DNA from: Setoptus koraiensis
Taxonomy: Eukaryota > Animalia > Arthropoda
DNA: 64,000 nt
NCBI GenBank assembly: GCA_048013815.1
Contig: CM106585.1
Location: forward strand, 16,430,001-16,494,000
Direction of reading: 5' to 3'
Shown in pieces: positions 51,299 to 64,000 of the stretch. The notes beneath the pieces were generated by a model that was given only the letters and a program-made list of their open reading frames with translations, was not told where the DNA came from and did not search any database. Positions within the stretch are counted from its first letter, which is position 1. Each line of letters starts with the position of its first letter. The translations under genes were made by a program, and so were the position numbers.

Positions 51299-54200
51299 AG
51301 CAGGCAAGAATCGAGCAACGAATCGCAACAACGTTCAATAATCGTAACATGCGCACAACAATGCCAACTTTATTTGCAACAATTACCAATTTATCCGTCT
51401 ATTCGCCGTCTATCTATCGGGCGTGACTAGCTTACAGTGGCGGCAGGTCGACTGGATAGTGCACAGTGGATATTCGGCCCAGTGGTTGTCGCTGGCCGTG
51501 TTGGTGGTGGCGAAAGAATGCTCATCATCAATTACCGAATTCGACTCACCTTGCAACAAGGACGGCGACGGCTCAAGTTGCGAACAGCACACACATTGTG
51601 CAACCATCAATACAACCATCTATCTATTCCTGATAACCGAACACCACCACTGACAGTCTGTGTCAGCTGATCGACTGTGGGCCATTTAACTGCTGGCCGC
51701 GAAGGCCGGCCGGCCGCTCGACAAGGGCAGCAGCTTCGAGCTGAATTAACTCTACTAAATGGCCCAGTCCGCTAATGGCCACCAATATCTCACCAGTGCG
51801 CGCAACGGCGCCGCTTCGACCAGGTTCGTGGCGGGTGTACTTGTTGCCGGTGACAGAGAATGGCAACAGGCAGCAATATCGGCGCTCTGTCTGTGCCGTT
51901 CGGAGCGCGTTCGCTGCACATCGTTCGAGAAGCGAATTTGTAAGGCGAAAAATAGTTCAAATTCCATTCTTTGCGCCGTTGCGCTGGCACACACACACAC
52001 ACACGCACACAGATGCAATCTACTGCAACCAAATGCATTGTGCTTCGTCGATCTAAATGTGACTCGAAATGTGACCCAAAATCAATAGCCACGGCGGGCA
52101 ACGTAAACAGCGGGCCCACGAGATGCATGCACTAATCAACAGTTACATGTTGTTTGTCCAACAACGTTTTATCTTGTTGCGTTTGATCGATAATCATTTG
52201 TGTGTTATGCGATACGCAATACGTGTTTGCAAATGTTTCAAACTTGAATTTGCCCACTGTCACCACTAGGCGCGTGTGTGTGTGTGTGATTTACTGGTCA
52301 GCGTGGGGCGCGAATTCCATTCGGGTGTCACATCGGGCCAGACAGCGGCCATCATCATTGTTTCACTGGGGTAGCAAATGGGACCAGTGTGACAGCGTAT
52401 GTTATAATTTATAATATACTACAATATTTGTTTGTTGCGCTGTTGTACAACTGGAAAATGATTGATACAGACCGATCCATGCCGGCCCCAGCACCAGCGA
52501 GGCCCGATCAAAATAATTGCCCAATTATTGTCGCTTGCTTTCACACAATCGCGCAGTGCAGTTGTGCTCGGCCACCGTATTGGTGGCGACCACAACTGGC
52601 CAGACTGCTGCCGGCCACCATAATTAGCCAAACTGGTGGCGACCGTAATTAGCTAGATTGCGTTAGTTACATTAGTCAAATTAGATTAGCCGGTGGCTGG
52701 GCCTGGGTCGGCGACGATGGCTGCAGTTTTGTGCAGTTTGAATTGCTATTTAAAATGGCTCTAAATACTGCTAAATAGTTAACATTCTTCCAGTAGCGCT
52801 TGTTTGCTTGTTTGCTCGTTTGCTGGCTTGTTTGTTTGGTTGTGCGAGCACAACTATTTGCGTCATTGCCATCATTATTACCATCTTATTATAGGTTACA
52901 TAATAGGCAGTAGCCGCTAGTGGTAAAAGCTGGTAGCTGCCACAGGCTGGCAGCGACCATTTTTAAGTAGCTGGCTTGTGGTGATACTGTGATAGGAGAC
53001 GAACAGCAATAAGAAGCGTCGGCCGGGGCAGCTCGTAAATAACTGCGCGACTGTGCCAGACTCGCGGGCTCGCAAACTGTCAGACTGAAAGACTCCGAGA
53101 ATTTGCGAAGCCGAGAAGCAGCAGCAGCAGCAGCAGAAACAAAGCAGCGTGAGAAGTATAGTAAAAACAGATAGAGAGGGGGCTTGTTGATGCGCGACCA
53201 GGTACCTGCAGCAGGCTGGGCCGCTCAGGTGAGCCGAGCGGAGGACGATAGCGACGATGAGGCGAGCGCAATTGTAACTGAGGCAATAACAAACCAATAA
53301 ACTACTTACATAATAATAACCGATGCTTGTATCATCGGTGGCCGGCCGAGTTACGCAATGCCCAGGCGGCTGCTCGTTGCTGGTTGCTTGCTGCTGTTGC
53401 CGCTGTTGTTGTTGCCGCTGTTGTTGTTGCCGCTGCTGCTGTTGCTCGGTGTCGTGCAGGTAGGTGTCTTCACAATGGCAAAAAACTAGTTACTTTCTCC
53501 TCGATGCGACAGCCAATTACACACACACACACACACACACTCGCCGTAGATATGTGCCGAGAATTATCATTGTTAGCCCCTCGTGATTGTTATTGCTTGC
53601 GTAAGTGCACAGTGGTGCCAGTTTTGGCCGGCCGACGGTGGGACGGGGACGCTTCTGTTTGTGCCATGGAGTTGATTTGATTATTGCTGCTGCCGGCGCT
53701 GTTATTGTTGCGATGATAACAATAATAATAGTCAACTCTGTTGGCTCAACAAGCTTCCACTAACCGGGCAGCGCCGACCCGCTCGCTCAGGTGAGCCAAT
53801 CAGTGCCAGTCGTATTGTTTTAGGCGCTTGTTGTGTGAGAGAGAGAGAGAGAGAGAGCGCGCGCGCGCGCTAAGACGCCGGCTTAAACCAGATGAGCCAA
53901 TCATAATCAGCATAAGTAGATTAAGCGCACCAGCAACAGCAACAAATAAAGTTAATATAGTTAACAACAACAATGCAAGCAGCGCCGGTTGCGCAATAAG
54001 TAGCCAAGGCAGTTAATTTACTCGATCGACCCATCAATCTCCATTGCTCTTTTACGACTTACTTGTTGGTCGTTGCGCCACTATCAATCTACAGGTAGCC
54101 AGTGTGCGGCTGGCCCGTTTTGCACGGCGCGCCACTTGTGGCCGCGAAACGAGCGGCCAAACGGAGCCAATGATGGATAATAATAATCAGATGATATATG

Positions 54201-54384
54201 AGCGCAGCTAATAAAAGGAGTTAGCCGAAATGGCTGAGCTCGCGGATGTTGCGCGCATCGCCGGGCGCCCACAATCGGCGCGCAACGCGCACAGTTGGCC
54301 GCACAGCAGTGGCAATCGCCGGCCAACAGGTGAATATTGGCCCGTGTTTAATTGATACAAGTCCGTCTGTCTGCGCCAATTCAA

Positions 54385-54425
54385 GCGCCAATCCGAGCGC
54401 CAATCCGAGCGCCAATCCGAGCGTC
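54385..54425. repeat. 12-bp tandem repeat x3 (gcgccaatccga)
   Basis: Directly visible. Confidence 0.85.
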
Positions 54426-57400
54426 GGCCCGAGCACCAGCCCAGTGCGCAGATAAGGAGCTGATGATCCAGATTAGCCGCGCCTAAGAGCGCCATCACTG
54501 GCCAACTGGCCAGAAGCTGGCCGCGGCCAAAACATTGACAGACAGCGCGACACAGTTTGCCAAGAATTAAGAATTGGATTATGGGATTATCCGGGCTAAT
54601 CATCATTGCACCGCATACCGGTGCAGCACAGATAAATAAAGTGTGATTTGAAATGCAAAAATTGTCCATATCTCTCTTCCGTGCGCAAACCGCGCGCGCC
54701 GTCTGCGTCGACCGTCTCAAGTGCCCGCAATCCGCCCCAACAATCCGCTCCCTCACCTGGGGGCTCATCCCGCCGACTCGTCCCGACCCATTGCGACCCG
54801 TTGCGACCCGCCCCAGACGAGTATCGCCAGAGCACAGAGTAGTGATTGCTTCAATTCTCTCGCCATCCAATGGCAGCTTTTGCTTCTTTTTGCTCTGCGG
54901 CAAATTCTCGAGCGCCGGCGATTGCGCAACACTTGGCCACTTGGCAGCGAGCAGCAGTTGTCTGCTGCTTGCGACCGCGATGACATAACCGAACAGGTGC
55001 ATATGCAAATGCAGCGTGCCATTCGTGCTTGCTGCAATAATAATAATCGCATGAAATCGGATCATCTTGTGGCTCTCTTAAAAAACGGCGCAGAAAAAAA
55101 CAAATCAAAGATGATCCCGGGATAATCACGTTTAAGTCGAACGAGCCACTTGCGTTTGCGTTATTTACTTGTCATTGGTTGGCTGGCGGTGTTTGCAGAT
55201 CATCATCACAGTAACACATATTGCGATACAGCTACAGCGTTCGCCCGAAAGAAGGTATCGCATGAAAGGTATCATTGGGGCACAATTGAGGTATCACTGT
55301 GGCTAAGGCACACACATTATATCAATTGGGAATGCGAAGATGACACATGAGACGAGATTAATGCCATTTACCTTCACTGACACCGCCAGAGTTAATCTGG
55401 CGCCCGAGAGTTAATCTCTGTCTCGTTGGCTGGCTGGCTGGCCGGCCGACTGGTTAGCAGTGCATCATTCAAGGATATCGCCTGGATATGTCTCTATGTG
55501 GTGTCTATATGCGGTTTAGTTAGGCCGTTATAAATTATGACTATTACATGTAATGACGACGCATTTGCATAGCATCGCAAGCGGCCATCTGATGCCGAGC
55601 GCCCGATGTGCGCCACTTAATCTAAAACGCATCAAGGCTCTAATATGAAATGGATAGGTCCATTTGCTCGCAGGTGAATATTGTGGTCGCGTTGGCGCGC
55701 CATCAACGGATTAGCAGAGCAGCCTGGCGAATTGGCGGCAGCTAGTGGTTCGCCCTTGACGGCTCCGCTCCGCCGCTGCCACAAACCGATCCGCCGCTGC
55801 AAACCGACACGACGCGCACCGAACGATGGCGCATCTTGGACGATGACGCAATCGTTGCAAAGTAATTATCTTTTCACGGATAATATAACAACTAATAATA
55901 ATAAATCCGGCCGGGCGCAGTTCGGGCTAGTTTGCTGCGGCGGTTGCCCTGGCGGCGAAACAGGCTCCGCAGGATAATGCGACGCCTATCGCACCATGAG
56001 CTCGATGAAGGATACAAGCTCATGCGACACGCGATTGGAGGGCACCTGTTGGTGACTTGGGCGCGCTTCGTGTGTCGTGTTGGCGGTGGCGCTGGCGCGA
56101 GGTCTGGCCGGCATGATGCGCCGTGAGTCGGTCATGATCGGATTCGCACGAAGCGCGCCAGTTCCACCAATCTAGCCCGAGAATCAAGACAGCGCCGCGA
56201 CGGAGCGAGCGGCATAAGCGTGCCCGGATTCGCGTTATCATCGGCGCGAGTCGCAAGTCGCGGGCCGCGCTGGTCACAAGTGGCCAGTCGGGCGCAATGG
56301 TATTGCGCAATGCGGTGTGCAAAGCAAATAAACAACCAGGTATTTGTGTGATGTGTGCGATATGATGGCTGCCAGTGGGCCAACGGCAACGTGATGGCGA
56401 CAACAAAGATCATGAGAAGATATATCAATTTTGGTGCGGGTTCAACAAACAAATGACACTGATTTTTCTGATTGATGACGCAACGTGATTTAACGATCTA
56501 CTCTAGGTGATCTATCATGCCGCTGCCGCCGCTGAATCACAGTCAACTGGTGCCAACTCGCATGCCTGTCGCTCGCTCTCTCTCTCTGTGCTCTTGCGTC
56601 ACTGGTCGATATGGCGTGATGACGCAACTTGCGCAACCAGTAGTAGTTACCTTAAACGAGACACACACATGCCAATGTGCACATTTGCATATTGGCGGCC
56701 CGCGTGTTCTCGTGCCGTGTCGTCGGGCCGTGCGACGCTTAATCAGGCCCAGATTCAATCAATTATCCAGCAATTCGAGTCTGGTGGCGCAGGGCGCAAT
56801 TTTGTGCCAGCCAAACGATCGAATGGCCAACATGATCGCGCCCACCTAGTCACTTGCTTAATTTAGTCATACCTGGCTCGGCCAGTGACACTGGCGCTGA
56901 ATGTCACTGGCCGCGCCAGCTTATCGTATATCTGGCGATACCCGCTGATCGGCGGGCCGCGTCGGCAGCCGCGGCCCCCGTCAAAAGCCGCATCGAAGCC
57001 GGCTCTGTGCGATGGCCGTCGTTGCACAAGAGGCATGTCGTGCCTGTGTGACCTATGGCATCAGCAACGACAACGCTAATGAGCGGCGGCTCATTTGCAT
57101 ATGAGACGCGCCTCGGCTCGGTAGGACGTTGGCGCCACTGAAAATAATAATTGCGCGGGCCCAATTATTTGCAAATGAGCCGCCGTCGGTGTGCGGCGGT
57201 CACCGGTGGTAGCCGCACAGTTGTATATGTTTGCTAGTTATACATATACCGTACTGTGACCGTCGATGATTGGATTGATCACATCATATGTCACCACCAC
57301 ACACAGCGACGTGCCGTCCAGTCGGCCGGTCAGGCACGTATTTCGCTCGACGGCGGCGGCGTGTTGTTTCAAATTACTATTACCATTTCGACAGTGTTTA

Positions 57401-57812
57401 TGCAAAACATCCCGCCCCCCCCCCGCCCGTCCATCTCTTACAGCTGACAAGCGGTGCATTCTGGAAAGCCGCATTGTCAACACACTGTCCGGGCTATCCG
57501 AGCCGGCCGCCGACACACTGTCGGGCAGATAAGGCACGCAAACACTCGACCAGTGCGATCTATATCGGCCACATCGATCTACAACGGCCACTGCCAGTGC
57601 TGGTCATCAATCATTGGTTGTGCAGCGCAATAATTGCCTGCAATAATGATTGAGACGGGCACAACAGCATTTCAATATCCAGCCCAGTGTCTGAATTATC
57701 CAGCAAATGGCCTGTCAGCCTCAGTGTGCCAAATCTGTGCCCCATTGTAACAGCAGTGGCACAGTGAGATATGAATCTCGGGCCGGGGTCGCAACAACGA
57801 ATTTGTCAATTG

Positions 57813-57847
<35 letters not shown>

Positions 57848-60800
57848 AACTCGACCAGTGTCCTTGCTCGACGACAGCGCTCGACTCAATGACGACGACG
57901 AGATGGCACGCCCGATAAACGGGCCTGAGTGACATAGTAGCCAACAGGGCGATACGGCCCGCGGGTTGTCAACAGGTGAAATATGCGCGCCGGCATTCCA
58001 GCCCGGCGGCCCGTTGCCCAATGCTCGCCGGCCGATACTCGCCGACCGGCTCCCATAGTCGGCCGATCGACTCGCCGATAGCGAGTGAATCAACAAATAT
58101 TTTGCTATTTGTCTGTCCGTTTGTCTGTCGGTGACATACCAGCCGGTGTGTACATATCGACACACCGTATGACACACGTATGCAAATGCGCATCGATGAT
58201 GATGATGACATTCGCGGCGAGTATGTTGTTATGCTGTTTGCGGCCAGTTATTTGAGCGATACCGGTGCGAGCCGGCGATGCCGCCCTCAGATAACACAAA
58301 AATTAATTAAAATTCCTGCCGCCAGTCCTGCTGTTTCGGACTGCACGCAACAGCGGCCAGTGAACGATAAAACGGTAAAACATTTACCGTAAAAGTGCGC
58401 TGGCCGAATTTGGCACAGTTTACTGAATTCAATTTAAACAATTGCAAGTTGATGAAATTGTCAGTCGGTGACAGTGAGCGGCCTTGATGGGGTGAAATTG
58501 ACCTGTGTGTGTGTGTGCGAGTGTGGCTGAAAATGGCACAATTTTCCCAATTTTGGCCGTGCCGTCTAGCGATAATGGGAAAATTTTGTGTGTGCTGGCT
58601 TTGGTTTGCGTGCGCGCTGTTCGTGTGTGGCCGCGCGTTTTCGCATCGTCGCATGCACACTGACAGAACACACAACATCAGCAGCAAATTGAACTGTTGT
58701 GCGGCGACAATGTTGCCAGGTGAGGCGCGCCACGAGTATGACAAGTATCATATAATAATAATAATAACAACAATAATAACAACAGTATGATACAACGCGA
58801 TTATTGTTATGTGCTGCTCGAGTTCACATGTATGTCGGCGCAGCGATGATTTGAATCTTGTTTGGGCAACTCATTCTGCCTGTCTGATTGTCTTTTCGCC
58901 CCAGTGGCTCCGGCCAGCGTCACAGCAATCAAGTTGGCAGCGACAAGGGCAACAACAGCGACACAACCACTCGCGCCGCTTGTAAATAATCAGCGTCGAC
59001 ACGAAATCTAGACTACTATTGCTCGTGCTTAATAATGCGTGACAACATGCTACTCATTCTCATTCTTTTGATCTGTTCGCTGCGGCCGTTCGAAAGGAGG
59101 CTCCGCGGCCCAGAGGACCGGCCGATCAATTGTTGTTGTTGTTGTTGCTGCGCTATGCAAATCGCGACTCGCGACAAGCGACAAGCAGCGGTAGGCGCCA
59201 GCGTGAGCAACTGGCACATTGTTTGTTGTGGGCCCATTGTTTGTCGCGCTAATTGATAGAACTGGCGCTGGTGGTGTGATTGACACTATATTATTATTAT
59301 TATTACTGGGTCCCTATTGTTGCTGTTGTGGTTGGCATTGTAGTTGTGCGGTTGTGATTGTCTGGCGTTGTTCGTGTGTGGTTGCATTCATGGGACCACA
59401 CCAACCGCAAACCGGCATCGCTGTTGGCCTGCCCGCCACACTGACAATCATTGAGCTGCTTCGCCGTGCGCTTCTTAATTTCAATTGCTTCTTAATTTTA
59501 TACACCAATCATTTTATTTTTATGGACTCCTCTCAGTGTCGCTGCTGCTGCTGCTTGTCGCTCAGGTCGCTTGTTTGGCCATCAATGTCGCTCTTTATAG
59601 GCACCATCGCATTCATGATAATACACGCACACAATACAGGTAAATCCTGCTGCAAACTGGCGCGAGAAACTGCCCCAACAAGGAGTCTGCATCAAAACTG
59701 ATTGAGACGTTGTAGCCATGATTTGTCAATGTGATAAGCTGTCTGTGTCTGTGAGCCACATCTCATATTATTATTATTCATTTAATTTTGTTTCATTTCA
59801 TTTCTCTCTCTCGCTCTCTCGCTCTTTGTGTGAGTGACATCCAGCCACTGGTCACAAGTTGTTGTTGTTGTTGTTGTTTGCATATAACAATGTCTTTGTT
59901 TGCTCTCTTGTCCGATCTCTCTTGTCCGCTCTACGGACAGTGTCTTGTGTCCCGTGCGTCGAGCCTTGTGTGTGCCAAAGTATGATCAAAAGTAGCCACA
60001 GATTGGCTTGTTGTCTTGAGCTCTTCCGCGTGTTATTCTCTTCCTCGAACTTGTTGATGGTGGCCGGCCGACGTTGCAGTCTCACAAGACTCGCACGACT
60101 CCGACTCAGAGTTCAGTTGACTGCTGCGACCAGCCAACCATCGCCGGGTTCAAGCGGCCGGCCGAGCGCCAGCCGACCGTTCGCGGCCATTGCGAGCCTC
60201 CGGTTGCAAGTTACAACCGCCCGCCCGCCGGCCGGCCGACCGACCGGCCAGCAACGCCGCTGCCGGGGATTAATTTCATTTTATTTCAATTCGTTTCGTT
60301 GGCCATTCGTTTATTCCATCATTTCATCATTTGGTCGTTGGTCGTTTGTGGCTCATTGCTCGCTGCTCGTCGCTCGTTGCTCGTTGCCTTCCATCATCGC
60401 GTCCGTCTTTGGCGCGGCTACGCTCTGCCCGAGTCTCCGCTCCGGCCCAGTCTCCGGCCTGCCCCGATCCCATCTGCGAGCGTCTGCCGGGCTCCGCGAG
60501 CGTCTGCCGGGATTCGCGCCGTCCGCGGCGGACCCCAGTTGAACTGGCAGTGTGTTGCGACGAACAAGCCCATGAATTTAGTGCGAAATTGTGTCCATTG
60601 ACACAACCGAGAGCGCACAAACAGAGCGAGCGAGGCCAGCGCTCAACGAGAGGCTTAGACGAAGATTATAGTATGCCCATATATAGGATAATAGGAGATG
60701 ATACCGGGATGAAACTTTCAAAGGGAGATTATCCCCTCATGTGTTTGTAGGCATTTGTTTGTTTGTTGGCTCGTCCGTGGTTCGCACTATCCGCCAGCCG

Positions 60801-63515
60801 CGTCGCTATCTGTGCCCGTCTGTCGTAACGAGCGTGCTCGCTCTCTCTCTCTCTCTCTCTAGTTCACTAGAGCCCCTCGTTCGGGCCGCCACTGAACGGG
60901 CCGGCGGATACACGCGCTGCTGCTGCTGACCCAACTGCGGGCCCCACGCCAGTGCATGCTGTAAGTATAGCGCGGTGTATGGGCCAGCGGGCCGGCCCAA
61001 AACCGCAATTGTCAACCACCAAATCACCGTCGCCGTTGACTAGATGAGCCTAAGTGAACACAAACACACATTTGCTCCTCTTTTTGTGTATATGCAAGCA
61101 GCCTCGCACCGGTCTACACTGTGCTGTCGGACTAAATACTGTCGGACTTCGCTGTCGGACTTCGCTGTCAGACTGGGCAGCGTCGGACGGCAGCGCCACA
61201 CAAACATATTTGCTGTTGTTGTTGTGTTTTTTGGTTGGATATCATTTCGCTTTTTTTCATTTCGCTACTTATTCGCGATATCATTTCGCCAACTGCGCGT
61301 CGGCTTGTCCCATTCGGAATGCGCGCTCCCCTCGCCGATTTAACTGGCTGATCGCGGTCGTGCGCACCATCTAATGGATGCGCTTCTGGGGATTTGCAGT
61401 CGGCCAACGACGACGACGACGACGACAGCAACGGGCGAAAATGGTTGCTGTCACGTGATGACGCTCCAGTTGTCTGATTAAAACGAAAGGAAGAACGAGA
61501 TTAATGAAATGAAATTAAGTGACTGGAAGTGGCGCACACAAACAGACATAATGACGTTAGAATGGGAATTATCGTCATCATGCGTGCGCCCCTTGCGAGC
61601 CCCGACCGGCAACGGCGAGCCGGCCCACAATCGCATATCCGAGTCTCTCTCTCTCTCTCTCTCGAGTCGCTGTGCGCCGGCTCATTGTTGGCCGGCCCTG
61701 TTTCGAGGGATTCTGTCGATTCTGTGCCGACAATTCGCAAACGGAATGCATGATTTATGCAGGCCAACGTGCACTCGGCGCGCCATAAAATGCGCGCGGG
61801 CGCACACAGAAGCGGCACACAGTTTGCAGCGAGCCGCCTATAATGACGAGAGCCAGTAAAGCAATTAGCGCCCGGCGCATTGTCTAACGGTGCCTATATG
61901 GGGCCGGCACGGCTCAATATGGCACACAACAGTGTCGTGGGCACCGTTATGTGCCGCGCTGCCACATATAACGGTGCGTTGCTATATATGGATGGCGCTG
62001 GGTGTGACGAGTGGCGGCGCTCTATATTGAGCTGCGCCAAAAATCACTTGCGATTTGCATAATCTATCGCATGCGCTCGATTGTCGTCGGCCGTGTCGCC
62101 GGCGTGTCGTTGCCCGTGTCGCCGGCGTGTCGTTGCGCTGCGATCGGGGCGCAGAGCGATGGGCCGAGCCGGGATAATTGCGCGCACGGGTAGTTGCGTC
62201 GACGGCCGACAGGGCTGGCCAGCGACGCAACCTTGGTGCCGCCGCCGGGGGGGGGCGGGGGGCGTTCGCCGGGCTTGCAGTTGCGGCTCGCGGGCGACAT
62301 TTGCATAAAAGGCCAACAACGAGCGACTATAGGAGCGCCACTGCGAAGGTTCCCACCGCGGCCGACAGCCAGCAGCAAGCGGCTGAAATGTGCCTCTGAC
62401 ATGTGTCTTGCATGTGTGTCAAAAACTGATGCCAAATGAGCCTGTCACCCGGGTGACAAATAGCGACAACAAGTGCGCCCTGCCGGCCCGACAAGCGACT
62501 TGTCGAGAAAACTTGTTTGTTTGTTTGTGCGCCCGGCTTGCGTTGCGGGCCAGCCAACTACTGACAACTATTGCACAAGTGCGCAATTGCGTCAACAGTG
62601 ACATTTGTCTTGTCGTTGTTGCTGCTGTCGCTGTCGCTGCTGTCGTTGTCGTCGTCGTCGTCGTCGTTGTTGCCGTCGGTGTTGCTGCTGTCGTTGTCGT
62701 TGCTGTCGTTGTCGCTGCTGTGGCGTCATTGTTGCGGTGGCGCTGTCAAGCGTCTGGCACAAGCTCACACGAAACGCTTGCTGAAATTTGCCTTATGTAA
62801 GACTGCCAAAGGTTGAGACCTCTGCCGTTGCGGCTTGTGGCTGCTCGGCAGAGCCCGGCGCTTGTTTGCGGCCCAGTCGGCCGACTCGAATAACCTGTCA
62901 CTGGCTGCTGCTCACAATGGCGGCTCCGATGGTGAGCTCAGCCAGCGCGCCGGCGGCCCGTACCGAGATAATCATGATTGGCAGTTGAATGCAAGTTGTG
63001 CGCTGTGGTGCAAAAAGTTGTTGGCTTGTCGTCGCAACAACCGTGGCTATAGGCTGACTGTATCGCGTATTATGCGCACAGACCGACAGGCCAACTCGAC
63101 TTGGCGCTGTTCTCGTTCTTGTTCTTGTCGCTCTCGCAGCCCGACAGTCGACACAACCGACACACACACACACACAATTACAAACACACAGATATAAATA
63201 TCGCCATGTCGGAAAAAATAAATGATGTTAATGTCTGGCGACGGGCAAGGTTGGCAGCGAGTTGCCACTGGCAATTGCCGACCCGATCGCCGTCTAGCCG
63301 GCAAGCGGCCACACAAACCACAGCCCGTCGCCGCGAATTCCTGCCGAGACGCAGTCGTTCGTTGGCTCGCCGACAGGCAGCCGGCCGACAGGCGAAATCG
63401 CAACAAATGGGCAAGTTGTTCGGCGCCGCCGAGCAAGCACGGCCTATACGCACGGCGAGCTTGCCAAGCGGCCTATATCGGCTGTATCGTTGGCGATAGC
63501 TGGCAGTCGGCAAGC

Positions 63516-63566
63516 GTCCAAGTCGGCGATCGTCCAAGTCGGCGATCGTCCAAGTCGGCGATCGTC
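63516..63566. repeat. 16-bp tandem repeat x3 (cgtccaagtcggcgat)
   Basis: Directly visible. Confidence 0.85.
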
Positions 63567-64000
63567 GCAGTATCCATGCGTGGATACCGCGATGCAAATT
63601 CATGTTTGCCGGCCCTGCTCACAGAATCTGTGACACAGATCGATGGGCACAATTTGACGAGTCGACAGACGCAACGGCGACGCCGAATAGCCGACAAATG
63701 CGACAGAGGCCAGATTCTCGATTTGGGGGCGCGTCTCGGCGCGACTGACCGGCGAGCGACATTGTCGACGGCGGCGCTCGCCCGATCGGGCCAACTCTGG
63801 GCCCAGGCGGCCGCCGAGAGGCAAGAGTCCCGCGTCAAGGCGAAAGAAGCGCTCCAAGAGGGGAAATTTCGGCCCGTCGGGGCATGCAAATGCGTGTGAG
63901 CTTGTGTCAAAAGTGTCTCATTGCGGCTCGATGGGCATCTCGCCGGTCTCTCAATGGATTACCGCGCGGTAATCCATTGAGCCCGGCTGAATGTGCCCTG

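Larger units (their letters stand above)
42900..64000. promoter_or_regulatory. GC-rich ~21-kb non-coding region, probably a cis-regulatory domain of a gene outside the window
   Basis: No ORF with a recognisable domain on either strand; CA/GT/CT microsatellites, minisatellites, palindromes and clustered homeodomain-type motifs. Function is inferred. Confidence 0.45.

Noticed and set aside
55150-55350. 66-aa ORF with a signal-peptide-like start and three aggtatc motifs
   Set aside because: TTG start, short, no processing sites or homology recognisable.
42931-63910. Over 150 overlapping ORFs of 60-285 aa on both strands
   Set aside because: Arg/Ala/Pro/Cys-rich translations in all frames, many starting at non-ATG codons and running through microsatellites, with no recognisable domain; expected from stop-codon scarcity in GC-rich DNA.
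42900-64000. Bacterial contamination or horizontal transfer as the cause of high GC
   Set aside because: No long ORFs, operons or bacterial proteins; abundant CA/CT microsatellites like the rest of the window.

Overview
Eukaryotic, gene-dense, intron-poor animal DNA; an arthropod, probably a mite, is my inference from gene content, very short introns and microsatellites. 1-42.9 kb is AT-rich and holds, in order: a 3-exon calcitonin-type neuropeptide precursor that the ORF track misses, a small membrane protein, a Fer2-type bHLH gene, two head-to-head near-identical alpha-tubulin genes, a ~1,700-aa EGF-repeat membrane protein, cyclophilin G, EXOSC8/Rrp43, a TRERF1/ZNF541-type ZnF-ELM2-SANT gene with a large in-frame internal duplication, eIF4H, and a ~4.35-kb tandem duplication of [parvin + F-box gene] followed by a third, more diverged F-box gene. 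The main discovery is this F-box family. Each copy is an intronless fusion of F-box, LRRs and a catalytically dead, truncated UPF1-like helicase (stalk/1B/RecA1, no RecA2). One copy is intact, one frameshifted and one has an in-frame stop, and the paralogues differ in hypervariable patches while the neighbouring parvin copies are almost identical. 42.9-64 kb is GC-rich with no recognisable protein gene; it carries minisatellites, several long perfect palindromes and clustered TAATCC/TAATCT motifs, and is most likely a large cis-regulatory domain. All family assignments come from remembered motif consensus, not database searches.
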